From the NCBI GenBank assembly GCA_003220495.1, contig QHSP01000015.1:196610-260609 (forward strand): a stretch of 64,000 nucleotides of DNA, read 5' to 3'. Shown piece by piece: positions 10,262 through 20,155 of the stretch (within the stretch, counting starts at the first letter, position 1; each line of letters begins with the position of its first letter). The notes under the pieces were generated by a model. That model searched no databases, was not told where the DNA came from, and saw only the letters and a program-made list of their open reading frames with translations. The DNA is from Candidatus Rokuibacteriota bacterium (GTDB lineage Bacteria > Methylomirabilota > Methylomirabilia > Rokubacteriales > CSP1-6). Position numbers and translations under genes: made by a program.

Positions 10262-11693
10262 GTAGCGACGCCGCCTCGATCTTGGTGCCGCCGCGCAGGA
10301 ACGACGAGAAGAGCGCGATGAGCAGGAGCGTCAAGCAGGCGAGGTACGCCACGTTCATCGACGCGACGAAGGCCCGCGGGTGCGCGGCGCTCGGCGTGGC
10401 GTCTGCGATGCCCGCGTAATAACGAAACGCGAGGGTCAGCAGGACGCCGCCCAGCGAGATGCCGAGCAGGGCGGAGATGCCGAAGACCGTCTGGACCATC
10501 CCGGTGGCGAAGCCCCGATACTCTCGCGGCACCGAGCCGATGATCGCCGCCTGATTCGGCGTGTTGAAGAATCCAGAGCCCACCCCGATGAGCGCCATCA
10601 TCAGCGTGGGCAGGATCCAGTGGGAGTCCACGCGAAGGAAGAGCCCGATGGCGAAGGCGCTCAGCGTCGCCAGGACGCCGATCGACGCGGGGATACGGGG
10701 GCCGATGCGATCCGTCAGCCGGCCGCTGACCGCGGCGAGCCCGATCGTGAAGACCGGCGCCGCCAGGAAGATCAGCCCCATGAACGACGCCGAGAAGCCC
10801 AGCACGTCCTGGATGTAGAACGGCATCAGGAAGCTCATCACGCTGATCGTGGTGGCGATGAGCAAGAGGCTCAAGACGCTGAACGTGAACATGCGAATCC
10901 GGAACAGCGCGAGGTTCACGACCGGGCTGATCGCGCGCCGCTCGTGCGCGAGGAAGCCGAGCAGCGTGGCGCCGAAGATCACGGTCATGACCGTCGTCCG
11001 CTCGGCCCCGAGCGTCTCGACGCTGCGTCGGTCGAGCAGGAGCGTCAGCATGACGGTGAGGGCGATCAGCAGCGCGGCGCCCAGATAGTCGATCGAGGGC
11101 ACGCGGCCCGCGGGCACGGTCGCGCGTGGTTTTCGAGCGCGTAGCACCGTGAGGACGACGCCCGTCAGCCCCATCGGCACCATCAGAAAGAAGATCCAGC
11201 GCCAGTCGAGCAGGTCGATCACGAGCCCGCCGAGCGGCGGCCCGACCAGGAGGCCGGAGTGAAATCCCATCGTCATGTAGCCGTTCGCCCGCCCCTCCGC
11301 CCCCTCCGGCACCGCTTCCATCGCGAGCACGCGCGTCGCCGAGGCGATCATCGCGGCGCCGAGCCCCTGGACGAGGCGAAAGACGATCAGCAGGAACGCG
11401 TTCGGCGCCACGCCGCAGAGCACGAAGCTCACGGTCATGATCGCGAAGCCGAGGCCGTAGATCGTGTAGCGCCCGTGGATGTCGCCGAGCCGGCCGAAGA
11501 CGACCGAGAGGCTGATCCCGGCGAGCTGATACACGATGAGCGCCCAGGAGATCGCGATGATGTCGGTGTCGAGGGCGCTGGCGAGCGTCGGCAGCGAGAC
11601 GATGAAGATCCGCGTGGCGACGCCGGTGAGGAACTGGCCCATGATCGCATTCGCGAGCAGGAGCCGGTCCGTGCGAGCGGTCACGCGGGACAT
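10254..11693 (-). CDS. MFS transporter (DHA2/EmrB-like, 14 TM)
   Basis: FGRLGDIHGR motif A, FRLVQGLGAA, GPPLGG...WRWIF. Confidence 0.9.
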   Translation of the reverse strand: MSRVTARTDRLLLANAIMGQFLTGVATRIFIVSLPTLASALDTDIIAISWALIVYQLAGISLSVVFGRLGDIHGRYTIYGLGFAIMTVSFVLCGVAPNAFLLIVFRLVQGLGAAMIASATRVLAMEAVPEGAEGRANGYMTMGFHSGLLVGPPLGGLVIDLLDWRWIFFLMVPMGLTGVVLTVLRARKPRATVPAGRVPSIDYLGAALLIALTVMLTLLLDRRSVETLGAERTTVMTVIFGATLLGFLAHERRAISPVVNLALFRIRMFTFSVLSLLLIATTISVMSFLMPFYIQDVLGFSASFMGLIFLAAPVFTIGLAAVSGRLTDRIGPRIPASIGVLATLSAFAIGLFLRVDSHWILPTLMMALIGVGSGFFNTPNQAAIIGSVPREYRGFATGMVQTVFGISALLGISLGGVLLTLAFRYYAGIADATPSAAHPRAFVASMNVAYLACLTLLLIALFSSFLRGGTKIEAASLPT

Positions 11694-11702
11694 GGTCTAT
11701 GG

Positions 11703-11750
11703 GCGCGCCGCGGCCGGCGGGCCCAGCCCCGCGACGGCCTGCCGCGCGCA
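11703..11750 (-). repeat. Dispersed ~50-bp hairpin repeat, copy D
   Basis: Reverse complement tgcgcgcggcaggccgtcgcggggctgggcccgccggccgcggcgcgc, just upstream of the MFS start. Confidence 0.8.
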
Positions 11751-11799
11751 TCACATTATCAGCGCTGAGGCTCGCGCGCTTGGCGTAAGATTGCCGGCC

Positions 11800-12747
11800 A
11801 TGAGCGAAGAGGCTCTCCGCAAGCTCGCGATGCAGGTGCGCAACTGGGGTCGGTGGGGGCCGAACGACGAGATCGGCACGCTGAACTTCATCACACCCGA
11901 CGCGATCGCGGCGGCCTGTCGGCTGGCGACGGCCGGCAAGGTCTTCGCGCTCGGCATTCCGCTCCAGCGCGAGGGGCCGCAGAGCGGCACCCGCCAGCGC
12001 TTCAACCCGATCCACACGATGTTTCGCGACGGAGGCGACGCGCCGCGGACGCCGGCCGAGGTCACCGCGATGCAGGGCTACGGCGGCTCCGACGACTGGA
12101 TCGTGATGCCGCTCCAGTGCGTCACCCAGTGGGACAGCCTCGCCCACGTCTTCTACGAGGGCAAGATGTTCAACGGCTACGACGCCGCCCTCGTCACCAG
12201 CAGCGGCACCTCGAAGAACAGCATCGACAAGACCAAGGGCCGGATCGCCGGCCGCGGCGTCCTGCTCGACGTCGCGCGGTGGAAGGGCGTGCGCGCGCTC
12301 GAGCCGGGCTACGCGATCACGCCGGCCGACCTCGACGCGACCGCCGCGGCCGAGCGCGTGGAGATCCGCCGCGGCGATCTCCTGATCGTCCGAACCGGTC
12401 ACATGTCGCGCTATCTCGACCGCAACGACTGGCGCCACTTCGACCTCGACGACTCGCCGGGTGTCTCGGTGCACTCGGCGCCGTGGATGCACGCGAGGGA
12501 GATCGCCGCGATCGCGGCCGATAATTACGCCGTGGAGGTGCGGCCCTCGGAGCTCCCGCCGTTTCGCAGCCCGTTCCACATCTGCGCGATCCCGAACATG
12601 GGGCTGACCCTGGGTGAAATCTTCTACCTGGAAGAGCTGGCGGCGGACTGCGCGGCCGACGGGCGCTACGAGTTCCTGCTGGTGGCGCCACCGCTGCCGG
12701 TCACCCGCGGCGTTGGCACGCCGATCAACCCGTACGCGATCAAGTGA
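11800..12747 (+). CDS. Cyclase family protein (kynurenine formamidase-like metal hydrolase)
   Basis: NWGRWGPNDEIGTLN, TQWDSLAH, GRGVLLD, GTPINPYAIK; start re-called at MSEEAL. Confidence 0.88.
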   Translation: MSEEALRKLAMQVRNWGRWGPNDEIGTLNFITPDAIAAACRLATAGKVFALGIPLQREGPQSGTRQRFNPIHTMFRDGGDAPRTPAEVTAMQGYGGSDDWIVMPLQCVTQWDSLAHVFYEGKMFNGYDAALVTSSGTSKNSIDKTKGRIAGRGVLLDVARWKGVRALEPGYAITPADLDATAAAERVEIRRGDLLIVRTGHMSRYLDRNDWRHFDLDDSPGVSVHSAPWMHAREIAAIAADNYAVEVRPSELPPFRSPFHICAIPNMGLTLGEIFYLEELAADCAADGRYEFLLVAPPLPVTRGVGTPINPYAIK

Positions 12748-12760
12748 GCCGGGCCGGGCG

Positions 12761-13849
12761 GTGCTGATCCGGGAAGTCGTCGCGAATCACTACGCGATCC
12801 CGCTGCCGGTCGCGCTCTCCGACAGCACGCACGGGACCATCAAGGGCTTCGAGCTGGTCACCGCGCGCGTGCGCGACGCCGAGGGCGCCGAGGGCACGGG
12901 CTACACGTACACCGTGGGCGCGGGCGGCGCCGCCGTCCACGCCCTGGTGGCGCGTGACCTGGCGCCGCTCTTGGTCGGGCGCGACGCCGATCTGATCGAG
13001 AGCCACTGGCAGGCGATGTGGTGGGCGCTCCACTACGGCGGGCGCGGCGGCGCCCAGGCGCTCGCGATGTCGGCGGTCGACATCGCGCTCTGGGATCTTC
13101 GCGCGCGCCGCCAGGATGCGCCGCTCTGGCGCGTGCTGGGCGGCTTCGATCCGCGCGTCCCCTGTTACGCCGGCGGTATCGACCTCGACTTCCCGCTCGA
13201 CGCGCTCCTGCGCCAGACCGACGAGAACCTGGCCCGCGGCTTTCGCGCGATCAAGATGAAGGTCGGGCGCCCGTCGCTCCACGACGACGTCGAGCGCGCG
13301 CGGGCCATGCGGCGCCATCTCGGTCCCGACTTTCCGCTGATGGTCGACGCCAACATGCGCTGGAGCGTCGACGAGGCGATCCGCGCCGCGCGCGCCCTCG
13401 CCGAGGTGGCCCCGGTGTGGCTGGAGGAGCCGACCATCCCCGACGACGTCCCCGGCCACGCGCGGATCGTGCGGGAGGGCGGGCTGCCCATCGCCGCGGG
13501 CGAGAACCTCCACACGCTGTACGAGTTTCGTCAGCTCATCGCGGCGGGCGGCGTCACGTTCCCCGAGCCCGACGTGACGAACTGCGGCGGCGTCACCGCG
13601 TTCATGAAGATCTGCCACCTCGCCGAGGCCTTCAACCTGCCGGTGACGTCGCACGGCGCGCACGATCTCACCGTGCATCTGCTGGCGGCCGCGCCCAACC
13701 GCTCGTATCTCGAGGCTCACGGCTTCGGGCTCGATCGCTTCATCGCCGAGCCGCTGCGGATCGAGGCCGGCCTGGCCATCGCGCCGACCCGCGCCGGGCA
13801 CGGGATCGAGTTCGACTGGAAGGCGCTCGACGCGGTCCGGGCGATCTGA
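12761..13849 (+). CDS. Mandelate racemase/muconate lactonizing enzyme family protein
   Basis: SAVDIALWDL, KMKVG, MVDAN, WLEEP, GEN. Confidence 0.92.
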   Translation: MLIREVVANHYAIPLPVALSDSTHGTIKGFELVTARVRDAEGAEGTGYTYTVGAGGAAVHALVARDLAPLLVGRDADLIESHWQAMWWALHYGGRGGAQALAMSAVDIALWDLRARRQDAPLWRVLGGFDPRVPCYAGGIDLDFPLDALLRQTDENLARGFRAIKMKVGRPSLHDDVERARAMRRHLGPDFPLMVDANMRWSVDEAIRAARALAEVAPVWLEEPTIPDDVPGHARIVREGGLPIAAGENLHTLYEFRQLIAAGGVTFPEPDVTNCGGVTAFMKICHLAEAFNLPVTSHGAHDLTVHLLAAAPNRSYLEAHGFGLDRFIAEPLRIEAGLAIAPTRAGHGIEFDWKALDAVRAI

Positions 13850-13852
13850 GCC

Positions 13853-14923
13853 GTGAGCCCACGGGCCGCGCTCCCCGTGCTGCCGACGACCGTGGTCGGA
13901 AGCTTTCCGCAGCCGGAGTGGCTCGTCCACCGCGACGCGCTGCTCTCGGGCGGCGTGCCGCGCGTCCCACGCCCGAACCTGTGGCGCGTGCCGGAGGAGA
14001 TGCGCGATCAGGCCCACGACGACGCGACCCGCCTGGTCGTTCGCGACATGGAGCGGGCGGGCGTCGACATCGTCAGCGACGGCGAGGTGCGCCGTGAAAG
14101 CTACTTCAGCTGGCTCGCGCCGGCTCTGACCGGGCTCGACGTCGCCAAGCCCGGATCGGCGATCAGTCGAACGGGCCGGCCGACACCCGTGCCGCGGGCG
14201 ATCGGCCCGATCACACGCCCGAAGCCCGTGCTGGCACGCCACACGGCGTTCTTGCGAGCCGAGACGGACCATCCGATCAAGATCACCGTGCCCGGACCCT
14301 TCACCCTGACCGCGCTGACGCAGAACGAGTACTACCCGGACGCGCCGAGCCTCGCGCTGGCGTACGCGGCCGTCGTGAACGCCGAGCTGCGCGATCTCAA
14401 GGCGGCGGGCGCCGATTTCGTCCAGCTCGACGAGCCGTATCTCCAGGCCTGGCCGGATCCGGCGCGCGAGTACGGCGTGGCGGCCATCGACCGGGCGCTC
14501 GAGGGGATCGACGGTCCCACGGTCGTTCACCTGTGCTTCGGCTACGCGCACACCGTTCGCGACAAGCCGAGCGGCTACTCGTATCTGCCCGAGCTCGAGC
14601 GAAGCCGCGCCACGCACGTCTCGATCGAGGCTGCTCAGCCGAAGCTCGATTGCACGATCCTCCGCGCGCTGCCGTCGAAGATCATCGTCCTCGGTGTGCT
14701 CGACCTGGGCGACGCCAAGGTCGAGAGCCCGGAGGTTGTCGCAGGCCGGATCCGGGCGGCCCTCGCGCACGTGCCGCCCGAGCGGTTGGTGCCGGCGCCC
14801 GACTGCGGCATGAAATATCTTCCGCGCGAGCGAGCCGTCGGCAAGCTGGAGGCGCTGGCCGCGGGGGCGCGAATCGTACGCGCCGAGCTCGCCGCGGGGA
14901 GGCGCCCCCGACCGGCCCCCTGA
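13853..14923 (+). CDS. Cobalamin-independent methionine synthase-like protein (MetE C-terminal domain)
   Basis: PTTVVGSFPQP, DGEVRRE, PGPFT, QLDEP, VHLCFGY, PDCGMK. Confidence 0.87.
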   Translation: MSPRAALPVLPTTVVGSFPQPEWLVHRDALLSGGVPRVPRPNLWRVPEEMRDQAHDDATRLVVRDMERAGVDIVSDGEVRRESYFSWLAPALTGLDVAKPGSAISRTGRPTPVPRAIGPITRPKPVLARHTAFLRAETDHPIKITVPGPFTLTALTQNEYYPDAPSLALAYAAVVNAELRDLKAAGADFVQLDEPYLQAWPDPAREYGVAAIDRALEGIDGPTVVHLCFGYAHTVRDKPSGYSYLPELERSRATHVSIEAAQPKLDCTILRALPSKIIVLGVLDLGDAKVESPEVVAGRIRAALAHVPPERLVPAPDCGMKYLPRERAVGKLEALAAGARIVRAELAAGRRPRPAP

Positions 14924-15058
14924 GCCGGCGCCGCCGACCGTCATCGTTCGGCCGCGACAGCGCGCCGCGTGATGGTCTTTTTTGCCGACTTCTGCTATCG
15001 TCCGGGAGCCTCGAAATCCGCGAGGGAGACCGCAGTCAACGGCCCGAGGAGGCGAAGC

Positions 15059-16738
15059 ATGAGCGATCGCACGAATGACCAGGACCGTCCTTTCAGCGTC
15101 AACCGCCGAGCCTTCCTGAAACGCGCAGGCACGGTCGGCGCCGGCGCGGTCGCTGCTTCGAGAATTCACCGGCCGGGCGTCGCCGCCGCACAGGACGCGA
15201 CGGTGCGGCCGGATCCCGCCGCCAAGCGCGGGGGCACCCTGCGTTACGCGGTCCACAACGCCCCGGCCCACTTCGACGTCCATCAGTCCGGCACCGTCGC
15301 CAACATCGGCCCGCAGAGCCCGATGTACGACACGCTGCTGCGACGAAGCCCGAAAGACGGCCAGACGATCATCCCCGACCTCGCCTCGAAGTGGGAGATC
15401 TCGCCGGACGGCAAGAAGTACACCTTCCATCTGCGCAAGGGCGTGAAGTTCCACGACGGCGCCGACTTCACCGCCGAGGACGTCAAGGCCACCTACGACC
15501 GCATCGCGCACCCACCGAAGGGCGTGGTCATCCCGCGCACGCCGCTCTTCTCCACGGTTGGGGACATCGTGATCCTGGATCCGCACAAGATCGAGTTCCG
15601 GCTCACCGAGGCGCGGCCCAAGGCATTCATGCTGGGCGCGTTCGCGAGCGGCTGGAACATCATCGTGCGCAAGAAGACGCTCGAGGACAACCACGGCAAC
15701 CTGCGCCAGGTGATGAACTATCCGGGCACCGGGCCCTTCCGCCACGTCTCGCGCAAGGACAAGGAAATCTGGATCCAGGAGCGCAACCCCGACTACTGGA
15801 ACAAGGGGCTGCCGCTGGTCGACAAGCTCGAGATCTACCACATGATGCCGTTCTCGCCGGAGCTCGGCTCGTCGTTCCTCTCCGGCAAGGTGGACTACGC
15901 GCGCCTCCTGGACCCGGTCTCCTGGCGAAAAGCCAAGGAGATGCAGGGGGTGACCGCGACGGCGTTCAATCAATCGGTGATCCAGGCGTTCTGGACGAAC
16001 ATGGTCAAGAACAAGGCGCTGGCCGATGCCCGTGTGCGCCGGGCCATCCATCTCGCGATGGACCGCCACACCCTGGTCGAGGTGGTGAAGGACACCGCGC
16101 CGATGCAGGTGGGCGGCTTCGTCTATCCGTTCCACGAGATGTCGACGCCGCGGGCCGAGCTCGAGAAGAAGCTCGGCTATCAGAAGGACATCAAGCCCGC
16201 GGTGCAGGAAGCCCGCCGCCTGATGAAGGAAGCGGGCTACGCCAACGGCATCAGGAATCTCGACTTCGTCGTCCGCGACATCGCCACCTTCAAGCTGTGG
16301 GCGGTCGCGATTCAGGCCATGCTCAAGGAGCACCTGAACATCGACTCGAACCTGCGCGTCGTGCAGACCTCGGTGTGGTTCGACGAGGCTCAGGCCGGCA
16401 ACTTCGATCTCGCGATCAGCGCGATCGTCTCGACCTTGATGGATCCCTCGGACATCTTCAGTGCGTGGTACGGCAAGGACGGCCCCCAGAACTACTCCCG
16501 CTGGACGAACCCGGCATTCCACGACATCGCCAGCCAGGTCGAGCGCGAGCTCGACGACAACCGGCGCAAGGCGCTGGTCCACAAGGCGGAGGATATCCTG
16601 GAGCAGGACCCGCCGCTCATCCCGGTGTCGTACGAGCAGATCTACGACGCCTGGTACAACAAGGTGCACGGCCAGAACCCGTCCACGTACTTCGGGATCT
16701 ACGACGTCGTGCGGTGGGACCAGGTCTGGCTCGGCTGA
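15059..16738 (+). CDS. ABC transporter substrate-binding protein, family 5 (DppA/OppA-like), Tat signal
   Basis: GAGGAGG RBS, NRRAFLK, PDLASKWEIS-DGKKYTFHLRKGVKFHDG, GTGPF. Confidence 0.92.
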   Translation: MSDRTNDQDRPFSVNRRAFLKRAGTVGAGAVAASRIHRPGVAAAQDATVRPDPAAKRGGTLRYAVHNAPAHFDVHQSGTVANIGPQSPMYDTLLRRSPKDGQTIIPDLASKWEISPDGKKYTFHLRKGVKFHDGADFTAEDVKATYDRIAHPPKGVVIPRTPLFSTVGDIVILDPHKIEFRLTEARPKAFMLGAFASGWNIIVRKKTLEDNHGNLRQVMNYPGTGPFRHVSRKDKEIWIQERNPDYWNKGLPLVDKLEIYHMMPFSPELGSSFLSGKVDYARLLDPVSWRKAKEMQGVTATAFNQSVIQAFWTNMVKNKALADARVRRAIHLAMDRHTLVEVVKDTAPMQVGGFVYPFHEMSTPRAELEKKLGYQKDIKPAVQEARRLMKEAGYANGIRNLDFVVRDIATFKLWAVAIQAMLKEHLNIDSNLRVVQTSVWFDEAQAGNFDLAISAIVSTLMDPSDIFSAWYGKDGPQNYSRWTNPAFHDIASQVERELDDNRRKALVHKAEDILEQDPPLIPVSYEQIYDAWYNKVHGQNPSTYFGIYDVVRWDQVWLG

Positions 16739-16756
16739 GAGCCGGCTCCTAGCCGC

Positions 16757-17713
16757 GTGCGGAAGTACCTGGCGCGCCGAGCGCTGTACGCCGCTATCAC
16801 GCTGTTCGGAGTCTCGCTCAGCGTCTTCGTGATCCTCCGGGTCCTGCCGGGGGATCCGCTCGTGGCCATCCTCGGTGCCGAGGGCCACGCGCAGATGAAG
16901 CCGGACGACCGCGCGCGCATCATGGCCGACCTCGGGCTCAGCGACCCGCTGCCCGTGCAATACGTCCGCTGGCTCGGCGACATCGCGGCCGGCCGCCTCG
17001 GCAAGTCGTTCTTCCGCGGCGACACCGTCTCCGAGCAGATCCTCCACCGCGGCCCGATCAGCGCCGAGATCGGGGTGCTCGCGCTGATCGTCTCCTGGCT
17101 CGTCGGGCTTCCGGTGGGGATCCTGAGCGCGTTCAAGCCGAACAGCATGCCGGACGGGCTCGCGCGCGCGCTGTCGGTCCTGTTCATCGCGATCCCCGGA
17201 TTCTGGCTCGGCATGCTGATCGTCCTCGCGTCGTTGTTCTGGTTCGGCTACAAGGCGCCCATCCTGATCGTCCACGTGTGGGAGGATCCCTGGCGGAATC
17301 TGCAGATCGTGATCGGGCCCGCGCTGGTCCTCGGACTCGCCCAGGGGGCCTACATCGCGCGCATGTCGCGCTCGTGCCTCCTCGAGGTCATCAGCGAGGA
17401 CTTCGTGCGAACGGCGCGCGCGAAGGGGCTCCGCGAAGGTCTGATCGTGATGCGGCACGCGCTCCCCAACGCGCTCCTGCCGGTCATCACGATCTCCGGC
17501 GTGCTCCTCGGCTTCGTGCTGGGCGGGTCGGTCGCGGTGGAGCAGGCGTTCGGCGTGCCCGGCCTCGGCCGCGCGCTCGTGACCGCCGTGATCGAGCGCG
17601 ACATCATCGTGGTGCAGAATCTGGTCCTGCTCTACGCCGTGATCTTCGTCGGCGTCAACGTCCTGGTCGATCTCAGCTACGCGTGGCTCGACCCGCGCAT
17701 CCGCTACGGCTGA
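16757..17713 (+). CDS. ABC transporter permease (DppB/OppB-like)
   Basis: PGDP, QYVRWL, EDFVRTARAKGL, VDLSYAWLDPRI. Confidence 0.93.
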   Translation: MRKYLARRALYAAITLFGVSLSVFVILRVLPGDPLVAILGAEGHAQMKPDDRARIMADLGLSDPLPVQYVRWLGDIAAGRLGKSFFRGDTVSEQILHRGPISAEIGVLALIVSWLVGLPVGILSAFKPNSMPDGLARALSVLFIAIPGFWLGMLIVLASLFWFGYKAPILIVHVWEDPWRNLQIVIGPALVLGLAQGAYIARMSRSCLLEVISEDFVRTARAKGLREGLIVMRHALPNALLPVITISGVLLGFVLGGSVAVEQAFGVPGLGRALVTAVIERDIIVVQNLVLLYAVIFVGVNVLVDLSYAWLDPRIRYG

Positions 17714-17720
17714 GCCCGGC

Positions 17721-18599
17721 ATGAAGGCCCTGACGGCGGAGCTGGTTCGGTTCGCGAGACGCAACACGTTGTCGGCGATCGGCGGGCTGGTCGGCTTCCT
17801 CATTCTGGTCGTCGCGGTGGCGGCGCCGCTCCTGGCGCCCCGGGATCCGCTCAAGGCGGACTTCCGGCGCATGAACAAGCCGCCCGACACGCAGAGCCTC
17901 CTGGGCACGGATCAGGTCGGGCGCGACACCCTGAGTCGCGTGATCTACGGCGCCCGCACGTCGCTGTTCGTGGCGTTTTCCGCGGTGATCCTCGGGACGA
18001 CCGTCGGCTCCCTGTGGGGAGTCGCCTGCGGCTATCTGCGCGGACGCTTCGACCTCGTCAGTCAGCGGATCATGGAAATCTTGCAGTCGTTCCCCGATCT
18101 GATTCTCGCCATGGCGATCTCCATGGCCATCGGGACCGGCCTGCAGGCGGTGATCTTCGCGATCGCGATCACGCGCATTCCGTTCGGCGGGCGGGTGATC
18201 CGATCCGTGGCGCTGTCGGTGCGCGAGATGCCCTACGTCGAAGCGGGGCGCGCCAGCGGCGCCTCGGCGCTGCGAGTCATGGCGTTTCACGTCTTGCCCC
18301 AGTGCGTCGCGCCCTATCTCGTGCTCGCCACGACGCATCTGGGCGTCGCGATCGTCATCGAGGCGGCGCTGGGCTTTCTCGGTGTCGGCGTACCGCCGCC
18401 GACGCCGACCTGGGGCAACATGCTGGCCGACTCGATCACGGCGCTCGTGCCGCCGTGGTGGCTGGCCTTCTTCCCGGGTCTGGCCATCACGGTGACAGTG
18501 CTCGCCTTCAACCTCCTGGGAGACGGCATCCGTGACACGCTCGACCCGCGTCTCTCGCCGGCCTTCCTCCGGATGATGACGGGCGGCCGCCGCGCCTAG
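17721..18599 (+). CDS. ABC transporter permease (DppC/OppC-like)
   Basis: LGTDQVGRDTLSRVIYGAR, EAALGFLG, PTWG, NLLGDGIRDTLDPR. Confidence 0.93.
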   Translation: MKALTAELVRFARRNTLSAIGGLVGFLILVVAVAAPLLAPRDPLKADFRRMNKPPDTQSLLGTDQVGRDTLSRVIYGARTSLFVAFSAVILGTTVGSLWGVACGYLRGRFDLVSQRIMEILQSFPDLILAMAISMAIGTGLQAVIFAIAITRIPFGGRVIRSVALSVREMPYVEAGRASGASALRVMAFHVLPQCVAPYLVLATTHLGVAIVIEAALGFLGVGVPPPTPTWGNMLADSITALVPPWWLAFFPGLAITVTVLAFNLLGDGIRDTLDPRLSPAFLRMMTGGRRA

Positions 18600-18613
18600 C
18601 GCGGCGCCGCGCG

Positions 18614-19309
18614 TCAGCTCTCGACCGGCAGATCCGTCCCGACGCAGAGGGCGATGGCGTAGCCGCCGTGCACCGTGTGGCGGCCGGAGAGCTCCAGTCC
18701 ACCCGTCACGACACGGTGGCGGCCTGGCGCGATCTCCTGACAGGTCACTGCCCGGAGCGCCATCGCCAGGCCCCGTCCCACCACCTTCGAGCACGCCTCC
18801 TTCAGGGCCCACAGGATCGCCAGCCGCTCCTCCGCCGGGCGCGAGCCGAGCAGGGTGTCGCGATCGTGGGCGAACTGGTCGGCGAGTCGTCGCAGGCGAG
18901 GGGACACCTCTTCGATATCGACGCCGACCCTCGACCCGACGGCGCTCGAGGTGGCGGCGCAGACGAATCGGCTCTTGTGGGAGAGGGAGCAGTCCGGCAC
19001 GACGGCGGCGGCCGACTCCGCAGCGAAGACGAGTCGCGGCCGCCCGCGCGGGTCCTTGACGACGGCGCACTGGCGCGGGTCGCCGATCCGGCCCTGCTGC
19101 AGCGCCATGAGCTTGAGGCACACCCGCGCGCCGAGCCATTCCCGGCGGCGCAGCGGATGCCGGAGCTCGGCGTACTCGACTGCCTCGGCCGAGGTGAGAT
19201 AGCCCGCGGCCAACGACTCCACCTCTCCGAGCCCGGCGAGATCCAGCAGGCGCACCTCGACCTGGCTCTCGCCCAGCTCGACCCGGATCAGCTCGAGCGC
19301 GTTCGTCAC
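18614..19309 (-). CDS. 4'-phosphopantetheinyl transferase superfamily protein (Sfp/EntD-like)
   Basis: RRREWLGAR, GRP, SLSHK, VGVDIE and WALKEA motifs. Confidence 0.82.
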   Translation of the reverse strand: MTNALELIRVELGESQVEVRLLDLAGLGEVESLAAGYLTSAEAVEYAELRHPLRRREWLGARVCLKLMALQQGRIGDPRQCAVVKDPRGRPRLVFAAESAAAVVPDCSLSHKSRFVCAATSSAVGSRVGVDIEEVSPRLRRLADQFAHDRDTLLGSRPAEERLAILWALKEACSKVVGRGLAMALRAVTCQEIAPGRHRVVTGGLELSGRHTVHGGYAIALCVGTDLPVES

Positions 19310-19345
19310 TCGGGACCCGGCGCCGTCGACCGGTGGTCTCGGTAG

Positions 19346-19359
19346 TTAGGTTGCCCTAA
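19346..19359. promoter_or_regulatory. Putative DtxR/IdeR/MntR-family metal-repressor operator TTAGG-ttgc-CCTAA
   Basis: AT-rich palindrome overlapping -35 TTGCCC (19351-19356) with extended -10 TGtTATCCT (19372-19380); second copy at 28508. Confidence 0.7.
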
Positions 19360-19463
19360 TCCAGAAAATTCTGTTATCCTCATGCTCGGGACGACGAGAG
19401 AGGAGCCCGAATGCGGCTGGCACGAGCGAACGGAGCGTGGCGCCCGAGCGGAGCATCGCCGAG

Positions 19464-19712
19464 ATGATCGTCTGTCTCTGCCGCGGACTCGGCGAGCGCG
19501 CGATCCGGGCGACGATCGCCCGGGGCGGCGATACCCGCGAGCGGCTGGCGGCGCTCTGCGGCGCCGGCGACGACTGCGGCGGCTGCTCGCCCACGCTCGA
19601 TGCGCTGCTTGATGAAGCCCACGACGCGTCCTACAGTGACCTCGCATCACAATCCACTCTCGAGGTCGGAGGAGCACTATGCGAGGCCATGAGCAGGTCG
19701 TCACCCTCCTGA
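19464..19712 (+). CDS. bfd: Bacterioferritin-associated ferredoxin ([2Fe-2S], Bfd-like)
   Basis: MIVCLC...[10 protein letters not shown] pattern directly upstream of bfr. Confidence 0.8.
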   Translation: MIVCLCRGLGERAIRATIARGGDTRERLAALCGAGDDCGGCSPTLDALLDEAHDASYSDLASQSTLEVGGALCEAMSRSSPS

Positions 19713-20155
19713 ACGACGTCCTCACGGCCGAGCTCACCGCGATCAATCAGTACTTCATCCACGGCCGGATGTGCGAGAACTGGGGCTACGAGCGGCTGTG
19801 GAAGAAGCTGCGTGAAGAATCGCTCGGCGAGATGCGCCACGCCGACGAGCTCATCGCCCGCATCCTCTATCTCGAGGGCGTGCCCAACGTGCAGCGGCTC
19901 GGCAGGGTGAACGTGGGCGAGACCGTGCCGGAGCAGCTTCGCCTGGATCTCGAGCTCGAGCGCGACGCGATCCGCATGCTCAACGCGGGGATCGAGACGG
20001 CCCGGAGCCTGGGCGACAACGGCACGCGGGAGCTGCTCGAGCACCTCCTGGAAGGCGAGGAGGACCACGCGAACTGGATCGAAGCCCAGATGACCCTGAT
20101 CGCCCAGACGGGCGAAGGCAACTACCTCGCGCAGCAGATCAAGAAGGACGAGTAG
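19679..20155 (+). CDS. bfr: Bacterioferritin
   Basis: [17 protein letters not shown] (heme Met plus ferroxidase E/H), RILYLEG, EEDH; GGAGGAG RBS. Confidence 0.96.
   Translation: MRGHEQVVTLLNDVLTAELTAINQYFIHGRMCENWGYERLWKKLREESLGEMRHADELIARILYLEGVPNVQRLGRVNVGETVPEQLRLDLELERDAIRMLNAGIETARSLGDNGTRELLEHLLEGEEDHANWIEAQMTLIAQTGEGNYLAQQIKKDE

Noticed and set aside
10114..12579. 821-aa minus-strand ORF
   Set aside because: Alternative frame over the MFS gene and antisense to the cyclase gene
12740..17908. 1722-aa minus-strand ORF
   Set aside because: Antisense shadow of five well-supported plus-strand genes; no domain motifs; expected from high-GC codon bias
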